A DNA stretch of 64,000 nt from Macrostomum lignano (lineage: Eukaryota): assembly GCA_002269645.1 (NCBI GenBank), contig NIVC01000666.1, positions 354,832 through 418,831 on the forward strand. Direction: 5' to 3'. How positions within the stretch are numbered: position 1 is the stretch's first letter; the number at the start of each line of letters is the position of its first letter. Of the stretch, positions 11,355 through 23,107 are shown one piece after another. The notes beneath the pieces were generated by a model, which was not told the origin of the DNA, made no database searches, and saw nothing but the letters and a program-made list of their open reading frames with translations. The position numbers and the translations under genes were made by a program.

Positions 11355-13658
11355 ATGCGTATGCCAGCTGTGCTAAACCTGTTTGGTCGCTCGCCTCCCG
11401 CAGCGGTATCAGCTGTGACAGCAAAGTCTGCTAGTCCGATGAAGCAGGGAATTCACAGTCGGCTGCTGCCGCCGGAATCCGGCGCTTCAGCATTTGAAGC
11501 TCTCTACCGTCTGCGCCGACGTCTATGCGGCGGTCAAACCTCCGTTGTGGCGGCCTCATCCACTGCGGACGACTGGCGCCTTCGAGTTGTTGAATACGCG
11601 CTGCCAGACTGCTGCGACAGCCGCGGCTCCGACTGGCAGCCTGAGGATGGTGACACCCTCTGCACTGCCTTCACCGACATCAACTCTCGGTTCACCTTCT
11701 TGTTTGCTGTGTTCACCCGACTGCATGTAGGGGAGGACTACATCGTCGAGTGCTTGGCGTTGGTCACTAGACGGCCAGGGTTCGACATCTTTCCGGCCTT
11801 GCTGCGACAGCTCAGCGGCCAGTGGCCGGTCGACCCGGTGCTGGCCATTTCTCAGCAGCTGGCCACCTCGGTCACCATGGGACAGCCGACCGGACACCGG
11901 GACAGCCAGTTGCCGGACACTGGCCAGTGGGGTCCGGCGCGTGAACTGTCCGACCGGCTTGGCCGCTGTTCAGACACCTTGTTGTACCTGCTGACCGCTA
12001 TGCTTACTGAGCGAAAACTGCTTCTGGTTGCCAGGTAAATATGCTAGTTTTATTATCCTCCCACAGGGATCTTAGTCCTCGAGCTTCCTACTGAGCTAGA
12101 TGGTGCAGCTGCATACTCGTATCGTACTCTTGTCTCGTATCGTTTCCATAAATTATTTCCATCGCGTTTTTTAAAGACGCTTGGATCGCTTGACTCTGTG
12201 CGCCTTCGGCTGCGTTTCTATGCTGTACCCGTTCAGCTGGGAGCACGTGTTCGCGCCCAGCCTCTCCGCTGCCAACATTGACCACATCGGCTGCCTTGTG
12301 CCCTGCGTTTTCGGCTTAGTTGAGGCTCTCTACGTTACTAACCGGGCCAAAGTTGACGCCAATTTTGCCGACCGAGATTTTGCTCTGGTCAATCTGGATA
12401 GCGGAGATCTGTTTGTGGCTGATGGCGCTGAGGCCTCTGCTGAGCAGCTCGGGCTACCCAAGAGTGAGTCCTTTAGCTTTTCCTGTCTGAAACGGTCATT
12501 CTTTGTGACCGCATCTCGCCACCCTCCCAGATCCTCAGTTGCTGAACCACTTCCATCCTTCCCCCCCCCCCCAATCCTTAATTGCTGCGCCTCCGCCGCC
12601 ATCCCCGATTCTAAGACTAGCCTCCCAGATTCCACGTAAGCCTCTTTCTTAACAGCCAGTATCTACACACATTCATTTCCTAAGGACTCGTGCGCGCCGC
12701 CAAGCGTTCTCTAAGCCGCTCTCGGTCCTCCAGCGCCCCAGGCGACGCCTTTTCCCAGGCCCTGCTCCGAGTCACCGTGGAACTGCTGGCGCCGATTCGA
12801 CAGCAGCCGGCCGGCTCGGATTTCAACCTGGACGCCTTCCTAGCCGCCAGTCCTGAGTCGCACCGGGCGTTCCTGCGCCGCCTGTCCGGCTCGCAGCTGT
12901 TCCGCGAGTTCGTCGACCGCTACCTAGCCGCCGGCACATCCGAGTCTCATTACGAAGCGTTCAATCGGGCCGCCGATCGGCTGCTGGCGAGCCGCCAGCG
13001 CAAGCGAGCCATCGTCAACCTGCCGCGCAACATTGGTCGCAGGGTGCGCTCTAACCTGCTCTCCAGACGGTTGGCTTCGGCCCATTCGGCTGCTCAGCAG
13101 CTTCCACAGAAACCGGAGCTAATCGGAGAGAAATTAGAAAGCGATGATGATGCTGAAGAAGACGAAGCTGAAGAAGGCTTTGACGAAGCCGATGGAGTAG
13201 TTAAGTCTCTGAACGATAGTTTGGCTCCAACCGTCATGCTGAACAGCGGAGTCGGCGATGACGTTGGCGAGGGCAGCGGTGAAGGTGTACTGATAAACAT
13301 CGACGACTCGGACAGCGGCAGCAACAATAATGATGCCGCTTCGCTGCACTCGGCTGCCTCGTCTTTGCACAGCATTGGCGGCCCCGCCCACGTCCATTTC
13401 GTGTCGCCTCCATCGACTTTGCCTTTGCGGCCCCAGCAGGCGCAGACTGACAGCATCGAGGATTGGTCAGCTCTAATCGGCGACTCGAGACCAGCACCGG
13501 CACCAGAGAGCAGTTCCGAGACGGACCTGTTGCAGTTTAGCTCGCCTCTCAAAGCTCAGATTTTGAGTCGCTACGGGACCGGAGCTTCACGGCCGGCCTC
13601 GTTTCCGATTGGCTCTGCGGCTACGGGTATGGGAAATAACTGGGTCAGCTTCGCCTGA
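11355..13658 (+). CDS. DENN-domain Rab GEF, DENND1/connecdenn-like (3 exons, about 646 aa)
   Basis: Exons 11355-12034 (AG|gtaaat, phase 2), 12177-12463 (A|gtgagt, phase 1) and 12685-13658; phases join in frame. cDENN motif ERKLLLVARRLDRLTLCAFGCVSMLYPFSWEHVFAP and dDENN motif FNLDAFLAASPESHRAFLRRLSGSQLFREFV. Disordered tail with TDLLQF and C-terminal WVSFA. Confidence 0.9.
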
Positions 13659-15578
13659 AATATGCAAAATACAGTATCAATATGAATACAAGGTGTGGAA
13701 ATGGGAATTCTTTATCTTCTCGCCGGTTAATCTCCCATATCAATCTTTTGATTATCTGACTGATCATCTCGCAGCTTAATCTATTGATTGTTTCGTGGAT
13801 CAAATCATGTTTTGGTAGCAACATTTTTGTGTTCATATTGGGTTTGTCAAGCTATTGAAATTTGTGTCTGTAAATATAAATATTATCTATCTCGTGTCTT
13901 TGCTAAAAATGTGAGTTCATATATTTTCAGACGAATAGCTGTGCTTTATCTGATACTTGTAGAGCCTTGCGCTATTGATTTTTATAGACTACGGACTGAC
14001 CGATCAGTCCCAGCTAGCCATGGATCGATTCGGCGCTTTGCTTGTTTATTTACTATTTATTTTTTATTCGCTTTTTTCTGACCCAATCCATTCCATAATA
14101 GCACAGTTTGGATGCAGCCAGTTCACATATTTCTTTGATGAAGCGCGCCTCAGTTGCGGATTTTTATGGTATTTATTCATTCAAACTCAGAATTTTTCTA
14201 CTTCTAATTAATGAATTACTAGCCGACGGCGACTTATCGAATTTTTTATTAACTGTAGCTCATTGCAGTCACGTGCATAGTTGAGAGTAGCCTTGGATTT
14301 TAATGCATGTTGATTCAATTATCTTGTAACAAAAAGCTACAGTGCCTTTCTATACTAATTTTTGCTACGCTTAAGCACTCTGCAGTCATCGGCGCAACTT
14401 CCTACTGTTATTCTATCGACTACCTTATATTCCATTCGAATTCGGGTAAGATTGTAAGCAACTTATCAATCAATGTTCGAACCGAGCTTTTTAGCTTTAC
14501 TTAGCTACTGATGAATAAAAGAAACGCAAACAAGGAAATGAACTTTGACGGCTTGCTACATCTAAAGTAGGTTTTTAGTTCTACTTATACAAGTATAGGA
14601 AACCTGTGTCAAGATTTTTTATATAATTTCTTGTCTTGTTGACTAACTAATTTAATTTCTAAAGTTGTAGCTCGTAAACGTTTGTTATCTACTGCAGTAC
14701 TGCTTTATACTCGTACGAGCTATTTTTTTACATCGGTATATAGTGTTTTGCCTGTCCTACACTTATTATACGTAAGGTCTAAAGTAAGAAGTATATTCGG
14801 ACTTCGGATCAAGTGATTCGAAATTTTAGCCACTAGGAAAAGACGTTATCTTATCTTTTGTCTGTATGTGAAGGAAACTTGGGCAATCCCAAATCAGTTT
14901 GCATTTCAATCCGATCCGTTTTGATGACTCATCAGTCTTAACTAAATTCTTAGCGGGAGGAATTTACTGGGGGTGGTACGGATGGGGTTAGGTTGGGTTG
15001 GCGCTTTTATTCAGTTAAATCGATAAAACGGTTTTAGACTTTGGTGGTATGGTATTGGCGTTTTTGTGCCCTGCCTAAGCTTTAGCGGTACTTGTTCTAA
15101 CTTTAGTTGTTTTTTTAGTCTGTTTACTATAAGTTATAGTTAGGATTTAGCTGTTTAGCATATAATATAAAATAAAAGTAAACCTTTCACCTCGTCGATG
15201 ACAGTGCTTATGTGTTTGCTTGCTAGTGCTTAGTGCGCTTTAAATTGTGATGCTTGGTTTTTTTATATTAAGCATGAACTTTGCTTAAAAAATATAGGTA
15301 TTAATTAACAGTAACTCCGTGCTGCTTATCTTTTTTGTAATCTTTTTCAGGTGCTGCGATTTAATTTAACTTTGTGGTTCTCTACTTCTCAATTTATTGT
15401 CCATTCATGCTTTGATATTTTGTAGTGTGAATTGGAATGAGTATACTTTTATTGCCATACCTCATCTCTTCCTGTCAACCAAATATTAACACTGTCAACA
15501 CTACAATACTCAACGCTACGTCGTCTGTTATAGAATTTAAATGAATTTCGCAAATTTAGTATAAACGCCACATTTTAT

Positions 15579-16352
15579 GGGGGCGCTTCATAAGACCTAA
15601 ATTTCACAACGCCTAAATTTCACAACGCCTAAAAATCTGCATGCTCTTTCATATCGCCTAAATTTCACAACACCTAAAACTGAATGTGAAGGAGAGAAGC
15701 AAATATTTTAGGCGTTGTGAAATTTAGGCGATATGAAGTTTAGGCGATGTGAAGGATGCTGCATTTTCGGTTTTAGGCGTTGTGAAATTTAGGCGTTGTG
15801 AAGGAGGCTGCATATATTTTAGGCGTTGTGAAATTTAGGCGATATGAAATTTAGGCGATGTGAAAGAGGCTGCACTTTTGATTTTAGGCGTTGTGAAATT
15901 TAGGCGATATGAAATTTAGGCGATGTGAAAGAGCGTACAAATATTTTAGGCGTTGTGAAATTTAGGCGATATGAAATTTAGGCGTTGTGAAGTGTGGTGG
16001 TTTTAGGCGTTGTGAAATTTAGGCGATATGAAGTTTAGGCGATGTGAAGGATGCTGCATTTTCGGTTTTAGGCGTTGTGAAATTTAGGCGATATGAAATT
16101 TAGGCGTTGTGAAGGAGGCTGCATATATTTTAGGCGTTGTGAAGTTTAGGCGATCTGAAATTTAGGCGATGTGAAAGAGGCTGCACTTTTGATTTTAGGC
16201 GTTGTGAAATTTAGGCGATATGAAATTTAGGCGATGTGAAAGAGCGTGCAAATATTTTAGGCGTTGTGAAATTTAGGCGATATGAAATTTAGGCGTTGTG
16301 AAGTGTGGTGGTTTTAGGCGTTGTGAAATTTAGGTCTTATGAAAGCGTCCCC
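15579..16352. mobile_element. Foldback-like non-autonomous element: TIRs with internal 16-bp tandem arrays
   Basis: Left end gggggcgcttcataagacctaaatttcacaacgcc and right end ggcgttgtgaaatttaggtcttatgaaagcgtcccc are inverted. Flanks (c)attttat are duplicated (7-8 bp). The short left array and long right array of tttaggcgttgtgaaa are in opposite orientation. Confidence 0.85.
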
Positions 16353-18459
16353 ATTTTATCACTTGTATTTTTCTGATTGTGGACCAATGCGAAAAAAGCT
16401 TTTTATCGGATTTCACTCTTGCTATACGACTACGAGTATATATATATTTTCACTGCTTGTTTGAAATAAGTTTTTATTCCTTTTATAAGAGCCTATTTAT
16501 TGCTCTGAGATTCCTGATCTATTATTTAAATGCTTGATCATTCGGACTCTGATGAAATCTATGAGTATCGTGCAATTTTCGCAATAATATACAAATTTAG
16601 TTTTTGTCAAGTTTTTGCTGCAATACTAGCTTAGCTATGAAAATTGCCAATTTCTCGACTTATCGATTTAAGCAGAAAATTTCATGAAGTCGATATCACA
16701 AAAGCGTTCTTTATTTTTATGGTATAACTGTATCATTAACAGAGTTCAATTAAGGATTTAGCTCTCACTTCCAATCTAAAATTTAAGCTCTGCAGGGTTA
16801 TGGTTTATGGCATATAACGATAGCCTTGTGCATAGGTAAGAAATTAAAGTTAATTGGTTTACAACTGATTTTTAATTGACTGTTGGCATTTAACAGGGAG
16901 GGATGTAATTAATCGAACACAACTTGACGTCTTATCTTGCGAATGCGCAACTGCCGAGGCAATTACTCTGTAAAAATGTTTGTTGTTTTCCGCACTTCAC
17001 TCGCAGAAATCGCAGCATCACCTTTTTCTCAGGCAGATAATTGGTTGAATTTTAAAAATAATTTAATTGATACCGATGAAAGCTGTTAAAACCCTTGCTA
17101 CAATTTTATAACCAATTTTATAACCGATATATCGACTGTCCCTAATTAGCTTCTTAGTTTTTCTTATCAATTCTCCGTACAGTGTTGCAATACAAGCTAA
17201 TTATTAGCTACTTTCAACTACACGGCATGGACTCTGAAGACTAGTTAAATTATTCTGGCACCTGTATTTTTAGTATAATTATGAAGCAGATACAAGAAAT
17301 TTTAACCATACAATCCCAGGCTGATTACAAATGTTTTGGCGAAAACGCGATCAAAATCGGTGAAGAATTGCAGTCTCTAGAGCGTTATGGACATTCAAGC
17401 ATACAAACAAATATTAGAGATTTAGTATATTTAGAAATAGCATTTTTACTTCGTCTGTCAAGAAAAACTTCATTTTTGATTCCCTTATTTGCCGAGATTT
17501 AGATCTGGCGCTCGCCACCATGCACTTCAGTAATCAGTATTGTATCAAAATCCAAAAAATTAGCTGTGTGCCAGCATCAGTCGGCAGCTTTCGTTGGTAT
17601 TTATTTAGATTATTCTGAGGTGCTTTGCGGGGATCTGAAATTATATTTTATAGACCCAGAATACGAACGCAGAATTTTAAGGCCAAATGTTGAAGGCTTA
17701 TCAATTGGGTATAGTTAGTTGGCAACTTAATGTTCCTACCTCTGGTGCAATACTTGGACATGGTAACTGTCGCAACCCCGAAGGCATTATTTTATACATC
17801 CGAATTCCAATCTCTGTAATGCTTCTCATCACTTTCTTTTAAACGCCAATGATTGCAGCGTCTTTCAATTCCACAAATACAACCCCACTTTATGATCAAA
17901 GATTATCGTTCATAAGGTAGATACTGATCGCGTTCTTTTTGGCAGAGTCAATGGTTTTCTGAATCTCGTTCTGAACTGTAGAAAAAATTGCAGGAGGGCA
18001 CTGAAAGGGAATCGTGAAGATAAGTAGATAATTGCGCTGTTTTTACTCGTACAAACCCTAATTACACATCACACTGTCCTAACTTTAGCTTTTATAATAT
18101 AATTTTTCATTTAATTTTATGGTATTTGTAAAGGGGGTGCACACTCGTGTGCATTAACAGTCACAGATTGTATTTAGTAGTTGAAAATTAGGGAATGAAA
18201 AAGCACCAAATTTTAAAGAATGTGAAGTTTAGGAATGCTTAGACGAAGGCGACCCCCATGGCCCCAGACGCTCGCTGGTTGGTTAAACTTCTCTCAGCCA
18301 ATCAGGGAGAGCTATGGCTAAGAGGTTGAATTGGAGAGGATTGAGAGGGGATCGGTCGATAAACCGTTAAATGAACTTGTCTAGACTAGAGCTTCTTTAT
18401 TTGTTTAGCATTCGCTTTCTCGGCTGTTCTCTTAATCGGCCTAAGCTTTCTTTTTAACA

Positions 18460-21069
18460 ATGTATCATTTGTTAAAAGGGCCTATTCTGCGTTTGAGCGT
18501 ATCGTTCGACGACCACAGCCACCTAATCGGAAGGAAGGGTGCTAGCCATAAGAATCTGCAGGCCTTTTCAAAAACGCTGATTCACTTTCCTGAAAGAAGT
18601 TCTCACTCGAATCCAAATGAGTCTTTTGTATCATCGCCCTTTCAAGGAGAGGATGAGGTGCTTGTAACACCCACTGAGCTCGAACTGAAGAAGGAACCGT
18701 GTGTACCAGAGATGGAAGATCGACTTCTTGAAGTCTTCTCGTCCTCACTGCAATGTATTCGTATGAATCAGCTAGTTATCTTCACGATTCCTTTTCAGTG
18801 CCCTCCTGCACTTTTTTCTACAGTTCAGAACGAGATTCAGAAAACCATTGACTCTGCCAAAAAGAACGCGATCAGTATCTACCTATCGAGTCCGTATCCA
18901 GGACTCCCAGAAGAGCACCATCGAAATGTTGTGGTTCGAGGAACGGTGAGCAACTCAAAGTTGGTCATTTCTGTGACAAACCAGATCACAGAATGCCTAT
19001 CTGATCGACTCAAGCTTCCTGTGCTAAAGCTGACTTCGACGACTCGGATTCCCAGCACGAAGTGGAACGATGTAATTGCTAAGTTATCAGACAACATTCT
19101 AAAGAGTCAAAAACTCAACAAAGAGGGACAGCTTTCTTTAAGCTGCGCTCTGGACATGTACCTGCAGTCAATCGAAACAGATGTCAAATATGACGGAAAG
19201 TCTCTGGTTACCATTTCTGCGCATGATCCAGGTCATATTCTGGAAGTCAAGACTATGCTTATAAATGCACTGCCAATTAACATTTTGATCGCTTCAAATA
19301 CGGTTGCTTGCAAGCTCGATGCCGAAACGGTTAGCACCTTAGAAACTTTTTACTCGGTCAAGATTGGTAGTAACTTTGGGAATTCTTTCGGTGACTCGAC
19401 TACCACGTTTTTCGGCGCTTCAGCCAAGCGATTTTTCGTTGGCCAGAAGATGGCTTTGGAGAGCAATGAAGGAACCGTTGCTTCAATGCTTGAGGTGAAG
19501 TGGCTTCTGTCTCAGTCGAGTCTGTCATTCTTTTTAACCACTTGGTGCAAGATGCGAAAGTTATGGGAGATAACCTACCCGAAAATGGATTATCCAGCGT
19601 GTCTGCAATCACCTAAGAACTTCATTCAGATGGAATATCGCAGCAATCAGGTTTTGACAATCCCCTCAGCAACGCCGGTACCCTTCAGCAATTTTTCTGC
19701 ACCGGAAGTCCGGCCTCCCAGAATTGGCCGCTATAACAGTGCATCCGGCTCTCGTGCTTCTGCTACAGTTCCTACAGGTAAGTTTTTTAGTGATTTAAAA
19801 TATCTCAGCAAAATATAAAAACAGAGCAAAGATTTTCTTCGATTTAAGTCATCTTGCGTTCAACATACTATACTCGTATAGCAAATAGACTTAATCTGTA
19901 TCTGCAGGTATACCTCGGCCACTCGGGAGTGGAAAACAAGGATCTTGTCATTCGCAGGATCCTTATTTCTGATCTAACACAACAGTGCAAGTTTCATGAA
20001 AATCGGTTTAACCGTTTTTCCTTAATTAAATCAATCGCATAACTTATAACTTAAGTTAAGTTATAACTTATAATTACTTAAACTTATAACTTAGATACCG
20101 ACAACTCATTTTTAGTACATACAAAGAGATACAAGGGGTGACGTGACGAAGTGCCGGAGTGGTTGCCACGGGTTTGCAATTGCATGGGTTGTAGGACGTA
20201 GGTGACAGGTGCTATATAGTGGTAGTGTTTATTTCACCATCCTCCGATCAAAAAATCAAATCATAAGTGAGTGCTTTTATGCAACTGAGATCATGCTATT
20301 GCAAATTTTCTATGCAGGCCCAAACACACATCGGCTTTCCGACCAACGTCAGCGTCATCAACCAAGACCAGTGGCTTCCTTTGAGCCAATGACTGCTGTA
20401 GCTTCATCTGCTGCAGGCTATCCAAGGCGTCAACAGCGGCCTGAATCCGAATTCACCATGATGCTTGATCCCAGAGCTGCAGCTGCTCGTATTTTCGAAT
20501 CTGTGTCCATGCTCATGGCTTCTGCAGCCGGAATGTTCGAACCTATCTCTGCTGCTGCTCAAATGCTCGAGCCAAGAGCTACCGCTACTCAACATTTCGA
20601 ACCGTTGGCTACCGCTGCTCCAATTCACGAGCTAAGAGCTGCCGCGGCTCTAAATGCTGAACATTTTGCTTCTTCTGTGCTAACGCGGACGACCGAGCCG
20701 AGATTTGCCTCCGGTGCCAGCGCACTCGAGCCTGTGACCTTAGTCGCCCCAACGCTTGAGCCAACAACCGCCTCTCTCGTAGCCTCATCGCCAGAGCCAC
20801 AAGTCAACACCGGTTCAAGCAACGAGCCTAGAACTTTATTGGTGCGCGAATTCATGCCATGGTTACCATCAAATGAGAACCTAGCCTGGCAGTGGCAGTC
20901 GTGGCAGGCCACCCCGTCGAGCGCCGAGCGGTCCAGGGACGCTTCGTCGAGTGACATCTTCGGCTCTTCGCCGGAGTCGAATTTTTGGAATCGTCCAGCG
21001 TCGGGAACTTCCGAGCCGACCAATTTGACGCCGCCAGAAACAACTACTGCCATGCCGCCGAGCAAGTAA
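18460..21069 (+). CDS. BicC: Divergent Bicaudal-C/GLD-3-like KH-domain RNA-binding protein, no SAM domain (about 690 aa if 2 exons)
   Basis: Exon 18460-19777 (ACAG|gtaagt, phase 1) joins in frame to 20318-21069 (ttctatgcag|GC CCA). LRLSVSFDDHSHLIGRKG...TLIHFPERSSHSNPNE matches the BicC KH (LKMDVS.T(D/E)HS..IG.GG...IHFPDSNR.N..E). VVVRGTVSN and MLINALPINILI match the BicC KH-like repeats. An upstream coding exon cannot be excluded. Confidence 0.75.
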
Positions 21070-22590
21070 TTTCTATTAATTCACTTCATCAATGATAAAT
21101 AACGAATTATCTCACTGGTTTATTTTAATTAAAAGTTACGGAAATAGCTTTTGATTGATTTTGAAATTTGAATGATTAAATACTATACATTCTGATTAAT
21201 TCATTCTTCATCTGATTCTGCGGATTAGGTAAGCCATGTTATTAATCTAATCTAGCTATTCTATTATCTTAAGTATGCATATTGATATTGTTGCTCTTGC
21301 AATTTGCTTTTTTCAATTTCTTTTCTAAAAAACGGCTAACAAAAAAGCCGCAGTTCTTTTTATTGCTAACTTCTAATTACTTATCACTGAAGTCGTAAAA
21401 GTTTACGCTTTCAAGATTATTGCTGTTACGAGCTACCGTTCTGCCGTTTTTGTTATGTTAAGTTTTTGTTTATTTCTCAGCATTTTTGTGTGTCTGCTTG
21501 CAATCAGGGTAATGCTAGGAATTTAAAAACAATGTACAAAGTAAAATTAAAATTTTATTAGTATGAAAAGTAACAACCGATGGCCAAAAAGCTACTGATT
21601 GCAAGTTTATGCATAATTTATTGTTAATGAATTCCACATTGTACAATACTTTCTACTTATGTCAGTAGCATTTTAAGAACTTTTGAACCAAAATGGTATA
21701 GCTTTTACTATACAGCGAAAGCGATTGAGAAAGTGTGTATGGAATACACAGTTGGCCAGAATGTTTTTTTGCATCGTTTTTGCTTTTTTCTGTTCCTCTT
21801 TTATTTTGGTCGTTTATTTTTTAGGAGAAAGCGTCTTTGCTAGCAAATTGCTACCCTCGTTAAAAAATTACTGTTGCTAAGTTTATTGAAATTGTGCTGC
21901 TGCAGTATTTTGAGCTGCTTAATTGTTTTGTGCTATTACCAAAATCGAAAAATAAATTAAGGCTTCTTTATTATTTGTTTCTGTTTTTTTTTCACAAAAT
22001 TGAAGATTGTTGCTTGTCGTTGGCTCTACATTTACTTTTTGCCAAGCGCTTATTGTAACAATTAAGTGACTTCAACTTCTATTCTTGTGCATCCGGATAA
22101 AATTGGTCATGACCAATATGCATATTTTGGCTGGGGTTTCTTTCGCAAGCTCGGAATTTCACAAAGTCGAAAAGCAAATTATTTCATATGGTTGTAACTT
22201 CACAAGGTTGAGAACTGTATGGCAAGACTTTTTTGCTTCCATTTTCAGCATGGAACGGAGGCCGTAACGTGCTTATGTATCGAAAGCTTTGAGTTGCAGT
22301 TCAACTTGGTAATTTATTGGACATGTATGCTTTAGATACACTTTTTGAAACGGTACTCTTATCATAATCAGGTACGAATGTTCGGTATATGACGTCCACG
22401 TCCCTTGTTATGTATAGCTTTCCACGTTGTGAAATTTTGAGCTTTGTGAAAGTGGCTGCTATTCGAGTTTTCGACGTTGTGAAGCTTCGACTTTGTGGGA
22501 AGGTGCTGAAGGAAGGAAGAAATTTAGAGTTTGTGAACCCCCTTTTGGTTAATAAACAAATAAAATCTGTTAGTATTTGTACGAGCGTAT

Positions 22591-23107
22591 CAAGGACCAC
22601 TAGAAGGACGGGACACTTCGTTTCTTGGAAAATTTATTAAAGGCTGATTTTCACGGAAAAATGCACTAGCGAGTTAGGAAAATTCTTTATATTCTTTATT
22701 ACTCGTATTATTGTTTATAAAATCCGTCGAAGCAACATGTTTTGTACAGGGGCGTAGCCAAGGGGGGTCATGGGGGTCTTGACCCCCCCCAGCCGGCTGA
22801 TCCAGGCCAAATTTTCAGGCCCCCTCCCCCGTCGCAGAGGCCTAGCACCCCCTGCCCCCGGTTGCCGCTGTGAGCCTCTGACTGACTGTGACCCCCCCCC
22901 AGAAGGAAATCGACCCTGGCTACGCCACTGGTTTTGTAAGTTATATCAAAATAAGAGCTTTGTATCTGCTTCCAATAAAAAGTTATCACCATTTTAAAGT
23001 GAAAAATGTGAAAAGCTCCTATCTCGCTAGTGCATTTTCCGTGAAAATCAGCCTTTAATAAATTTTCCAAGAAACGAAGTATCCCGTCCTTCTTCTAGTG
23101 GTCCTTG
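22591..23107. mobile_element. 517-bp MITE with about 90-bp TIRs and 8-bp TSD
   Basis: caaggaccactagaag...gcactagcgag at left is the inverse of the right end ...ctagtggtccttg. Flanks gagcgtat at 22583-22590 and 23108-23115. Confidence 0.92.
22747..22930. mobile_element. 184-bp hAT-type MITE nested inside the 22591-23107 element
   Basis: TIRs caggggcgtagccaaggg / ccctggctacgccactg. Perfect 8-bp TSD gttttgta (22739-22746, 22931-22938). Confidence 0.93.

Noticed and set aside
17281-18030. Upstream coding exons supplying the missing first BicC KH domain
   Set aside because: Several GT/AG-bounded segments exist, but none shows a convincing KH motif.
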